A stretch of 12,219 nucleotides of DNA from a virus. Taxonomy: Duplodnaviria > Heunggongvirae > Uroviricota > Caudoviricetes. The notes below the pieces were generated by a model. It ran no database searches, was not told where the DNA came from, and was given only the letters and a program-made list of their open reading frames with translations. A program made the position numbers and the translations under genes. How positions within the stretch are numbered: the stretch's first letter is position 1; every line of letters begins with the position of its first letter. The stretch spans positions 1 to 12,219 of IMG/VR virus record IMGVR_UViG_2545824708_000010. One strand, 5' to 3'. Below, in pieces: positions 1 to 6,548 of this stretch.

Positions 1-250
1 GCTCAGCGGCTTTTTCCACCCACGGCCTGATATTGCTGTACGGTGGGTTATTCCAGATTGCACCGTGGCTTACCCACTCAGAATTGAGCGCGTCGTCGGC
101 CTCAGTTAGCCAGTGAGCACACAGAGCATTTTTGTCGCTCGCTGCCGAATCCAGCCAGAATCCAAACTCAATATCCAGTGCATCAAAAAGCCAAAGCGGC
201 GTTTGCCAGCAGTCCTTGTCGTGTGCCGGCGTATTTGATTTGATAGTCAT
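1..250 (-). CDS. Phage Dam-like N6-adenine DNA methyltransferase, 5' part only (gene continues past the window's left edge)
   Basis: Minus-strand translation from ATG at 250..248 gives MTIKSNTPAHDKDCWQTPLWLFDALD...AIWNNPPYSNIRPWVEKAAE with an NPPY motif typical of N6-adenine methyltransferases. Start overlaps the NinB stop (ATGA). Not in the ORF track because no stop lies in the window. Confidence 0.65.
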   Translation of the reverse strand, partial: MTIKSNTPAHDKDCWQTPLWLFDALDIEFGFWLDSAASDKNALCAHWLTEADDALNSEWVSHGAIWNNPPYSNIRPWVEKAAE

Positions 251-693
251 GCAGCCTTCCCTTTTCGTTGTGACCATTCATACTCTCGCCGGGAGTCATC
301 ACTCCACCGCACGTTGCGCTCTGAGCCGAACCAGAACATGATTTCGATAAGCTCAGTCATGCTGGCCTTTCGCATTTTGCTGGTACGCACGCCAAGCATG
401 ACAACGCCACCGTCGATACCAGGAACACTTCGTTGCTCCAGTTTTTTGGTCTTAAGCCACAGGGCAGTGAACAGGTCTTTCCAGTCTTCCGGTGCCAGCC
501 GTTGACCATGCCATAGCACCTGACGCGAAACATCGTTCAGCATCGGCCACATACGGTCATTCTGCGCTTTGCTGCGTTTGGGTTCTTTAAGGTGGACTTC
601 GTGGGGTGACTTGTCGTCGATGGGAAGTGAGAGTATTGCGTCTATGGCGTTATTTCTGATTGCTTCGTTGCGAAGCATGTATATTTGCTTCAT
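247..693 (-). CDS. ninB: NinB-like recombination protein (nin region)
   Basis: 148 aa ORF. The segment LNDVSRQVLWHGQRL...WKDLFTA...RWSDDSRREYEWSQRKGKAA resembles my recollection of lambda NinB (DVSRQVEWHGRWL...KWSDEARLALEW...RAA). Position downstream of the replication genes fits. Confidence 0.8.
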   Translation of the reverse strand: MKQIYMLRNEAIRNNAIDAILSLPIDDKSPHEVHLKEPKRSKAQNDRMWPMLNDVSRQVLWHGQRLAPEDWKDLFTALWLKTKKLEQRSVPGIDGGVVMLGVRTSKMRKASMTELIEIMFWFGSERNVRWSDDSRREYEWSQRKGKAA

Positions 694-979
694 CGAAATT
701 CTTCTCTTTAATTCCAGCGGATCTGATAGCTTTCATTACTGCAATTACCGTTTTGTCTCTCCCATCCTCATAACCCATCGCATAAGCACCTTCTTCACCA
801 TCTTTCCAAAAGTCGTCATTCGATTCGGGCCAGTCGATATCCAGTTCAATAGCTGCTCGCGATGCCTGCCATGCCTCCCATGCAATCTCGACCTTGATGT
901 GCATAATCTTCATCACGTCACTTGAAACGTGATATTTGTTTTTAAACCATTCTTCAAACTGCTTTCTTGATTCGTCCAT
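650..979 (-). CDS. Hypothetical nin-region protein (109 aa, acidic)
   Basis: ORF-track ORF with a GAGGG ribosome-binding site about 9 nt upstream of the ATG at 979. Overlaps the ninB start by about 44 nt. No motif recognised. Confidence 0.55.
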   Translation of the reverse strand: MDESRKQFEEWFKNKYHVSSDVMKIMHIKVEIAWEAWQASRAAIELDIDWPESNDDFWKDGEEGAYAMGYEDGRDKTVIAVMKAIRSAGIKEKNFDEANIHASQRSNQK

Positions 980-996
980 CGATACTTACCCTCAGT

Positions 997-1203
997 TCAA
1001 CTCACAAAACGCCACGCCATTTTTGCTACGACAACAGGCATAACACCGATAATCACCCAGACAAATGCAGCGCCAAACAACGTATACCATGGGTCTTTAC
1101 CGTCATTCACAAGACGAATGTAGCTATTCAGAACAATAAAAAACGTCAGAAGAATCCATCCAACGCCAACGCATTTGAATGCGACGAGCATAAACTCAGC
1201 CAC
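997..1203 (-). CDS. Small hydrophobic membrane protein (68 aa, about 2 TM segments), probable GTG start
   Basis: ORF-track ORF. The codon at 1203..1201 is GTG, preceded by GGGGGGAGAG at about 7 nt. Two hydrophobic stretches (WILLTFFIVL and FGAAFVWVIIGVMPVVVA). First ATG is at 1191. Confidence 0.45.
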   Translation of the reverse strand: MAEFMLVAFKCVGVGWILLTFFIVLNSYIRLVNDGKDPWYTLFGAAFVWVIIGVMPVVVAKMAWRFVS

Positions 1204-1216
1204 GATTTACTCTCCC

Positions 1217-1251
1217 CCCAAATAAAAAGGCCTGCGATTACCAGCAGGCCT
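1217..1251 (-). terminator. Intrinsic terminator between helicase and nin genes (tR2-like position)
   Basis: Perfect 8-bp stem AGGCCTGC/GCAGGCCT (1228-1235 and 1244-1251) with an 8-nt loop. On the minus strand it is followed by TTTTTATTT. Confidence 0.6.
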
Positions 1252-1279
1252 GTTATTAGCTCAGTGATGTAGATGGTCA

Positions 1280-2716
1280 TCAGAATCCTCCTTTCTTCTT
1301 GGACTGCGGTTCCTCGCGTTCACGGCGGCGCATTTCAGCAGACTGTTGGTCTGTGTCATAAATAGCGCCATTTGCCTGAATGCAATACACCGTGCCGGTA
1401 TTGCCATGACGATTGAGGCGAAGGATTAGTTCGGTTTCACCAGGAGGAACGCTGTCATCAAAAGCGCCTTCACGATGGATCCCCACCCAATAATCGCAAT
1501 CCTGTTCAATCTGCCCTGTATCTCGTGAGTCACTTGGTAATGGGCGTTTATTGGTTCGGCTTTCCAGTGCGCGGTTAAGCTGTGTCAGAAGCACAACAAC
1601 GCAATCAAGCTCTTTGGCAAGGTTCTTCAGTCCTTTGGTGATCATGCCGTAAGCAAGGTCGTTGCGATCGGCCTTCTCAGCGGTCATTAGTGTCAGGTAA
1701 TCGACCAGAATCATGCCAACACATCCTTTTTCTCGCTTGATTCGACGGCTTTCGCTGACGATTTGAGCCAGAGATAATCCCGGCGTGTCGTCGATGTAAA
1801 GCAGGTCGATTTCACTCAAGCGATTGGCTGTTTCGATCGCCCTGTTGAAGTCACCATCGTAATCACCCTGATAGCCGTCATCAGCGTCATTTGTCGCCAG
1901 AAGGTAAAAAATATTGGGGTTAACACCTGACTTTTGCCCTACCAGTTTTTCCAGTATCTGGTCACCTGGCATTTCAAGGCTGAACATCAGAGCGGGCTTT
2001 TTCTCATGCACTGCGCAGTTGATTGCCATCTGGCTGTATAGCGTCGTTTTCCCCATCTTAGGGCGAGCGCCAATGACAAACAAAGAGCCTTTCACCAGAC
2101 CTTTCGGTGACAGCATCCTGTCCAGCGATGGGATCCCTGTGCTCATTCCTCGTTGTTCGCCTGACGGGTCAAATCGCTTCTCAAGGTCGCTAACCCAGTC
2201 TTCCATGACCTCACCAAATGAGCGAAGGCCGCGACGCGATCCGGTTTTTGCATGGTCTGTCAGTTGCGTGAAAATCGCCTGAATAGCTTCGTACTTCTGC
2301 GTTGCAGTCATTCCGTTGCGGGAATAGAGCAATTCCGTCGCTTCAGTCATGCGGTTGATGGCGTAGCGTTCCATTGCGGTTTCACGAACCTGCATTGCAT
2401 AGGCAACGATGTTTGCTGCGCTTGGCGTGTTCTTTGCGATCTCAGCGATATAAGCAAAACCGCCAACAGACTCCGTTAACGATTTACGCTCCAGTTCATC
2501 GAAAAGCGTCAGGCCATCTACTGGCTTTTGCTCCCGGTGCATTATGGTTATTTCTTCGAAAAGGATTTTGTGTGGCCGGCTGTAAAATGAATCAGGCTTC
2601 AGCATCGCCAGAACTTTCTGGACGCGCTCACTGCTGTCATCATCCAGAAGCAATCCACCAATCACCGCCTGCTCTGCCTCGATGCTATGGGGCGGCGCAT
2701 AAAAATTATCGGTCAT
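1280..2716 (-). CDS. DnaB-family replicative DNA helicase (P22 gene 12-type)
   Basis: Walker A VIGARPKMGKTT, N-terminal DnaB-like HSIEAEQAVIGGLLLD, and a RecA-like core. The ORF-track start at 2731 is a GTG; the ATG at 2716 (MTDNF) has a GAGGG ribosome-binding site. Confidence 0.9.
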   Translation of the reverse strand: MTDNFYAPPHSIEAEQAVIGGLLLDDDSSERVQKVLAMLKPDSFYSRPHKILFEEITIMHREQKPVDGLTLFDELERKSLTESVGGFAYIAEIAKNTPSAANIVAYAMQVRETAMERYAINRMTEATELLYSRNGMTATQKYEAIQAIFTQLTDHAKTGSRRGLRSFGEVMEDWVSDLEKRFDPSGEQRGMSTGIPSLDRMLSPKGLVKGSLFVIGARPKMGKTTLYSQMAINCAVHEKKPALMFSLEMPGDQILEKLVGQKSGVNPNIFYLLATNDADDGYQGDYDGDFNRAIETANRLSEIDLLYIDDTPGLSLAQIVSESRRIKREKGCVGMILVDYLTLMTAEKADRNDLAYGMITKGLKNLAKELDCVVVLLTQLNRALESRTNKRPLPSDSRDTGQIEQDCDYWVGIHREGAFDDSVPPGETELILRLNRHGNTGTVYCIQANGAIYDTDQQSAEMRRREREEPQSKKKGGF

Positions 2717-3605
2717 CGTGTTCACCCTCACGAACTTTCAGGTAGGTATTATCGTTAAGCAGGAAATCAAATCCCTTTTTGTGCCAGACGGTTCCGCGTT
2801 GATGGTTTGGGCGCTCTTCGAACATCCATCGGCAATTTTCGCCTACGTAGCTCAAATAATTTCTCCAGTCCTGCATCGTGAACCCATGCCCGTCAAGCTG
2901 GCGGGGTATCACTCCGGCTTTGCGCCAGAACGTTCGGATCTGGTTTTTACGCTTGTCATTCAGTGCGCGGATTCTTGGCGCTTCAGGAAGGATTTCGTGG
3001 TAAGCATCGACAACATCCTGACAGCTAACGGAAGGTTTTTTCTTGTCAGACTTTTTGTCTGCTGCGGTACTCTCTAATACGTCAGTATTAGAGATAATAT
3101 TATTATATTCTTTATCTGTGGTAATTTGCTGGTAATCTGCTGGTACAGTATTGCTTGCAGGCATTGGTATTGCTGGCTTTGAGGTGGTAATTTGCTGGTA
3201 ATCTGCTGGTACAAAATTTGACTGATAATCGTCATATTTCTCTACCGAGAAAACTGAGAATTTACCGTGTGAAACCCAGTCAATCATGCCGAGTTTTTTG
3301 AACTTTCTAAGCAGGTACTGAACGCGATCTGGTTTGAGTCCTGTTTCAAACGCCAGAGAGTTTCTACCGCCAAGTAGCTTCCCTCTGCCTACCAGAATTT
3401 CTCCTGCGTCAGTCATTACATACTCAGGCGTATGCTTTGCTTTGAGGATTAAGTGAACCCACAGATGCGCAGCTTCTGCGTCCTTGTAAAACGGCACATC
3501 CATAATTTTACGGTGCAGCAAGGCATACCCCTTACCGCTGCTTTGATGCGGTTGTTGTAGCCTTCTGGCCTCTCTGGCTTCGGCTAGATTAGATATGTTA
3601 CTCAT
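2706..3605 (-). CDS. O-like replication initiator protein (origin-binding; P22 gene 18-type)
   Basis: 299 aa ORF directly upstream of the helicase with an AGGAG ribosome-binding site. Contains the iteron DNA repeats, which produce the duplicated peptide [10 protein letters not shown]; placement of ori inside the initiator gene is the lambda O/P22 18 arrangement. Confidence 0.8.
   Translation of the reverse strand: MSNISNLAEAREARRLQQPHQSSGKGYALLHRKIMDVPFYKDAEAAHLWVHLILKAKHTPEYVMTDAGEILVGRGKLLGGRNSLAFETGLKPDRVQYLLRKFKKLGMIDWVSHGKFSVFSVEKYDDYQSNFVPADYQQITTSKPAIPMPASNTVPADYQQITTDKEYNNIISNTDVLESTAADKKSDKKKPSVSCQDVVDAYHEILPEAPRIRALNDKRKNQIRTFWRKAGVIPRQLDGHGFTMQDWRNYLSYVGENCRWMFEERPNHQRGTVWHKKGFDFLLNDNTYLKVREGEHDDR
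3074..3213. repeat. Replication origin: iterons plus adjacent AT-rich region inside the O-like gene
   Basis: Two near-identical roughly 30-bp blocks (3118-3148 and 3183-3213), each holding two GTAATNTGCTG units (3121-3131, 3132-3142, 3188-3198, 3199-3209). Flanked at 3085-3115 by an AT-rich stretch and a 7-bp inverted repeat CTAATAC/GTATTAG at about 3074-3091. Confidence 0.75.
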
Positions 3606-3744
3606 GACCTTTCTCCTTCTGCATCAGCTTCACTTTTTCCAACTCAGCCCGGAATCGACCAGGCTGCTTGAAGCTGGACAGGAAGCGATCACGTAGTATG
3701 TGTTTGTGAATTTTGTCCTGGTAAGGACTGAGTTGTTTTGTCAT
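3598..3744 (-). CDS. Hypothetical small protein (48 aa) between cII and the O-like gene
   Basis: Minus-strand ATG at 3744 preceded by AGGAG. Translates [48 protein letters not shown] and its stop overlaps the O start. Below the ORF-track size cutoff, found by hand. Confidence 0.35.
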   Translation of the reverse strand: MTKQLSPYQDKIHKHILRDRFLSSFKQPGRFRAELEKVKLMQKEKGHE

Positions 3745-3778
3745 AATTACTCCTGTGGATTGATCCAGTCTTTCTACA

Positions 3779-4057
3779 TCAGGCCTCGAAGAATTTGCCG
3801 TTCTTCGGGGCTTTTTCTTTTGTCAGCATTCTGGCTACTTTCTTAGCCAGTTCCGCCAACTCCTCGTCTTCAACACCCCATTCAAGAACAGCCAGAAGCA
3901 TTCCCATTTTTGGGATGAAGCTGTCTTTCCATCGCGAAATTTGCGATTCATTAATTCCTAACGCGTCAGCAACCTTTCGCTGGCCACGTACAGCAATTCG
4001 ATTCAGGATGTTGCTTGTAATTGCATTCGCTTTCTTGCGAGTACTTGTAAGTTGCAT
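3779..4057 (-). CDS. cII: CII transcriptional activator
   Basis: 92 aa. The segment [42 protein letters not shown] matches my recollection of lambda CII ([42 protein letters not shown]). The RBS/start context TTAAGGAAATACTTACATATG also matches recalled lambda. Confidence 0.9.
   Translation of the reverse strand: MQLTSTRKKANAITSNILNRIAVRGQRKVADALGINESQISRWKDSFIPKMGMLLAVLEWGVEDEELAELAKKVARMLTKEKAPKNGKFFEA
3784..3821 (+). terminator. Plus-strand intrinsic terminator inside the 3' end of cII (oop-like antisense RNA terminator)
   Basis: Stem CCTCGAAGAA/TTCTTCGGGG (3784-3793 and 3801-3810, one G-U pair), 7-nt loop, then CTTTTTCTTTT. It is antisense to the cII C-terminal codons, as for lambda oop RNA. 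Confidence 0.5.
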
Positions 4058-4066
4058 ATGTAAGTA
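4035..4066 (+). promoter_or_regulatory. pRE-like CII-dependent promoter (TTGC-N6-TTGT box plus -10 region)
   Basis: TTGC (4035-4038), 6 nt, TTGT (4045-4048), then 12 nt, then TAAGTA (4061-4066). This is the same spacing as recalled for lambda pRE. A perfect TTGC-N6-TTGC also lies at 4011-4024. Direction is toward cI. Confidence 0.5.
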
Positions 4067-4116
4067 TTTCCTTAACTAATAAGAAGTTATGCGCATCAAC
4101 TTATGCGCGTTGTATT

Positions 4117-4160
4117 CCCGCATTTCGGCGGGAATGAGGACCATGACTGTTAAAGAGCGG
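4117..4160 (-). promoter_or_regulatory. nutR (boxA plus boxB) between cro and cII
   Basis: On the minus strand: boxA CGCTCTTTAACA (plus 4149-4160), then a boxB hairpin UCCCGC-CGAAAU-GCGGGA (plus 4117-4132). The same boxA/boxB recurs on the plus strand downstream of PL. Confidence 0.6.
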
Positions 4161-4165
4161 TGTTA

Positions 4166-4360
4166 CTATTTGTTTTTCTTGTTGCTTGGGAAAGGACGAA
4201 CTTCCTCTCCAATCACACTGCCATCAGGCTTTACCGTAACCATGATGTTACGGCCTGCCAGAATGGCCTTGCTGATAGCGCACTGGATTACACCAAAGTC
4301 ACTGGCTGCTTTAGCCTGTCCATGGATTTTGGCGTAATCGGCAAGTGTCATTCGAATCAT
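4166..4360 (-). CDS. cro: Cro repressor
   Basis: The segment [62 protein letters not shown] closely matches recalled lambda Cro ([59 protein letters not shown]). The ATG at 4360 has a GGAG ribosome-binding site; the ORF-track start at 4366 is a GTG. Confidence 0.9.
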   Translation of the reverse strand: MIRMTLADYAKIHGQAKAASDFGVIQCAISKAILAGRNIMVTVKPDGSVIGEEVRPFPSNKKNK

Positions 4361-4385
4361 ATGCACTCTCCGTTATTAACCATGA

Positions 4386-4466
4386 ACAAAGAATACTACA
4401 GGTATTCAAAGCAATCAATACTCAGGGTATTTTTAGTTTAAGTACCTTAGCTATTAGAATTAAGCT
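4386..4466. promoter_or_regulatory. OR operator region with divergent PR (toward cro) and PRM (toward cI)
   Basis: Two palindromic operators: GAATAC-TACAG-GTATTC (4391-4407) and AATAC-TCAGG-GTATT (4418-4432), with a possible degenerate third near 4437-4454. PR candidate on the minus strand: -35 TTGATT (plus 4413-4418), 17 bp, -10 TATTCT (plus 4390-4395). PRM candidate -10 TAGAAT (4455-4460) ends 6 nt before the cI ATG, implying a leaderless cI mRNA as in lambda. Confidence 0.65.
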
Positions 4467-5183
4467 ATGGAAAATAAAAAATCACTGACGACAGAACAGC
4501 TGGAAGACGCTAAGCGGCTTAAGGCTTTGTATGAGTCAAAAAAGAAAGAATTGGGAATAACCCAATACTCAATCGCTGATGAACTGGGTATCACCCAAGG
4601 AGCGGTAGGGCATTATCTTAATGGCAGAAATGCGCTAAACGTTGAGGTTGCATCTGGTTTTGCACGATTGTTGCAAGTCTCAATTGCTGATTTTAGCCAG
4701 TCAATTGCTGCCAAGGTTGCAGAACAGGCAGAAAGCCTTAAGAGCGATGCCAACGTAAGGTATGCAGGGGAATACAGAGCAGGAAAGAGGTATCCGGTGT
4801 TAAGCAGTATCCAGGCTGGCTCGTGGTGTGAAGCATGCGAACCATACACCATTAAAGACATAGATGTTTGGCTTGAGTCTGACGCGCATATTCAAGGTAA
4901 TGCGTTCTGGCTTAAAGTGGAAGGTGATTCAATGACGGCACCGGTTGGGTTAAGCATTCCAGAGGGAACATTCGTTCTTTTCGATACCGGAAGGGAGGCG
5001 ATCAACGGCAGCTTGGTCATAGCAAAACTTTCTGACTCTAACGAAGCAACATTCAAGAAGCTGATAATCGACGGCGGAAATAAATACCTCAAGGGACTTA
5101 ATCCTGCATGGCCTCTCGTGCCAATCAATGGAAACTGCAAGATTATAGGCGTTGCAATTGAGACAAAACTAAGGCTGGTTTGA
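4467..5183 (+). CDS. cI: CI-type prophage repressor (HTH DNA-binding domain plus S24 LexA-like autopeptidase domain)
   Basis: N-terminus LTTEQLEDAKRLKALYESKKKELGITQYSIADELGITQGAVGHYLNG resembles lambda CI. The C-terminal domain has Ala-Gly (YAGEY), the GDSM serine and the FKKL lysine, and resembles the recalled P22 C2 C-terminus (FWL.V.GDSMTAP.GLSIPEG...NEATFKKL...NGNCKIIGV). Confidence 0.93.
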   Translation: MENKKSLTTEQLEDAKRLKALYESKKKELGITQYSIADELGITQGAVGHYLNGRNALNVEVASGFARLLQVSIADFSQSIAAKVAEQAESLKSDANVRYAGEYRAGKRYPVLSSIQAGSWCEACEPYTIKDIDVWLESDAHIQGNAFWLKVEGDSMTAPVGLSIPEGTFVLFDTGREAINGSLVIAKLSDSNEATFKKLIIDGGNKYLKGLNPAWPLVPINGNCKIIGVAIETKLRLV

Positions 5184-5200
5184 TCACGCAAGGGGCGATT

Positions 5201-5569
5201 ATGGTTGGAACCGCTATAGCAAGCTTTTTTGGGATGTTGGCAATCTCGACAATTTACGGCTTAGCGCATGCTTTTATTGCGAAATCTCTATCAGAAAAAA
5301 TAAGCCAGGCTTGGGCGCATAGATCAGCTCGTTTCATGATTCTAGTGATCATAGCAATACAAGGGATATCTGCATTTATCCTCTATGGTTCAAGCTTATA
5401 CCTGTTGTATCAAGGCGCGACATTTACGCCTTACACCAGTGATTACGGAACTCTATACGATGGTAGTGAAGACATCTCTATGGCTTGGATTGTCTTTGGT
5501 TTATCTATGGCCGTGTCTGTTGTAGCAGATATCATTAAGGTAATTCTCGTCTTAACCTTCGCTGACTAA
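5201..5569 (+). CDS. Small multi-pass membrane protein cotranscribed with cI (rex/sie position)
   Basis: ATG at 5201 with an AGGGG ribosome-binding site, 18 bp after the cI stop. 122 aa with 3-4 hydrophobic segments (AIASFFGMLAISTIYGLAHAFIA, FMILVIIAIQGISAFILYG, MAWIVFGLSMAVSVVADIIKVILVLTF). The ORF-track start at 5180 is a TTG overlapping the cI stop. Confidence 0.6.
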   Translation: MVGTAIASFFGMLAISTIYGLAHAFIAKSLSEKISQAWAHRSARFMILVIIAIQGISAFILYGSSLYLLYQGATFTPYTSDYGTLYDGSEDISMAWIVFGLSMAVSVVADIIKVILVLTFAD

Positions 5570-5655
5570 CCTATAATCCCGGCAGCAATAGCTATCGGGA
5601 TCCACTTCACATATCCCGCATAAAAAGCACTGAACAAGCAGACACCGAAAAAATA

Positions 5656-5745
5656 AATATCCTTTGTATTCATTTGCTTATCATTATTTCATCAAAAATA
5701 AATACCTTGGGTATTTACACAATAAAATACCTACAGTATTCTTTA
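5656..5745 (+). promoter_or_regulatory. OL operators and PL promoter
   Basis: Operators with the same half-sites as OR: AATAC-CTTGG-GTATT (5701-5715), AATAC-CTACA-GTATT (5727-5741), and a degenerate AATAT-CCTTT-GTATT (about 5657-5671). PL candidate: -35 TTTACA (5714-5719), 17 bp, -10 TATTCT (5737-5742). Confidence 0.65.
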
Positions 5746-5788
5746 GCCATCAGCAGGACGCTGGAAGCCAAACGGAACAGATTGGCAG

Positions 5789-5828
5789 GCTCTTTAACAT
5801 TGATGGGATTGTCCCGCCGAAATGCGGG
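5789..5828 (+). promoter_or_regulatory. nutL (boxA plus boxB)
   Basis: GCTCTTTAACA (5789-5799), 13 nt, then CCCGCCGAAATGCGGG (5813-5828). This is the same boxA/boxB RNA sequence as the nutR site on the opposite strand, about 45 nt downstream of the PL -10. Confidence 0.65.
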
Positions 5829-6273
5829 AACTGAGTTTAACCAAACAGGAGGTGCCGTAATGGTGCACTAACGCGGTTAGACCGCAGCCGAAAGGAAATG
5901 CAGCAGTAATGATGCTGCCCTGAGTCGCCATTGAGCGAGCCTGCTTAGCATCGGGTTAGGGTCAATATATTAAAAGTAGCTCCGGTAAAGCAGCGCGAAT
6001 GCCAGACGCGCACCGGTTATCAGCGGCGATGAAGCGGCAGAGACTCAAGGGCATGAGCGCGCTCACTGCGAGAGTGTGAGTCAAAGAGTAGTTGGCTTTG
6101 GGATTGGATGAATGAGCAGGCTGATGCTCGACCAATGTATAAACAGCGCTCATGGCAAGCAGTAACCAATCTGCGCCTCAAGACAGCGTCACTGGTAGTG
6201 CGGGCGCTCTAACCAGTAAGCCGGAATTCAGCACCGGCCATCCAATCACCAAAGTCAATCATCGGAGGTCAAC

Positions 6274-6546
6274 ATGACAGTAGTCATTACATATCTGGCT
6301 GACGATAACGCCAGAAATCGCCGCAGAGCACGCAGACAGGCTCAACGTGAACAGGCAATGCAAGAACAGCGACTGGCGCGAAAAATTGCGCTAAAGCTCT
6401 CTGGTTGCGTCAGAGCAGACAAAGCAGCATCACTCGGAAGCCTTCGCTGCAAGAAGGCAGATGAATGCAGTGGAAGTATTTGCCTGCCAAACGTAGCCAT
6501 TTACGCGGCAGGCTACCGGAAATCAAAACAACTGACGGCGAGGTAA
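6274..6546 (+). CDS. N: N-like transcription antitermination protein
   Basis: 90 aa. First gene downstream of PL/nutL, with a GGAGG ribosome-binding site. N-terminal arginine-rich motif NARNRRRARRQAQREQA, as in lambdoid N proteins. Confidence 0.75.
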   Translation: MTVVITYLADDNARNRRRARRQAQREQAMQEQRLARKIALKLSGCVRADKAASLGSLRCKKADECSGSICLPNVAIYAAGYRKSKQLTAR

Positions 6547-6548
6547 TT

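Noticed and set aside
132-925. Plus-strand ORFs 132-341, 314-505 and 569-925
   Set aside because: Antisense to the methyltransferase, NinB and ORF109 coding regions. Hydrophobic or low-complexity translations.
1914-2745. Plus-strand ORFs 1914-2282, 2252-2479 and 2374-2745
   Set aside because: They lie antisense to the well-supported DnaB-family helicase gene, with no ribosome-binding sites or motifs. Judged to be chance open frames.
2718-3077. Plus-strand ORF of 119 aa
   Set aside because: Antisense to the O-like initiator gene and overlaps the origin. No support.
3118-3213. Direct repeats as a possible CRISPR array
   Set aside because: Only two blocks of about 30 bp, no spacer-repeat periodicity, located inside a coding sequence, and they fit origin iterons. 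No CRISPR, tRNA or rRNA was seen anywhere in the window.
4089-4441. Plus-strand ORFs 4089-4337 and 4160-4441
   Set aside because: Antisense to cro and the nutR region. The Cro homology on the minus strand is clear.
4613-5191. Minus-strand ORFs 4613-4861 and 4892-5191
   Set aside because: Antisense to the cI repressor gene.
5674-5871. Plus-strand ORF of 65 aa
   Set aside because: Spans the OL operators, PL promoter and nutL. Only its last 3 codons (MVH) have a ribosome-binding site, and these are reported as a mini-ORF observation instead.
5962-6153. Minus-strand ORF of 63 aa in the N leader
   Set aside because: No ribosome-binding site, implausible composition, and it lies opposite to PL transcription.
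6204-6238. GCGCTCTAA followed by hairpin GCCGG-aattcagca-CCGGC as the primary nutL
   Set aside because: The site at 5789-5828 is a better nutL because it exactly duplicates the boxA-boxB found at nutR. This second element is kept only as a possible additional leader structure.
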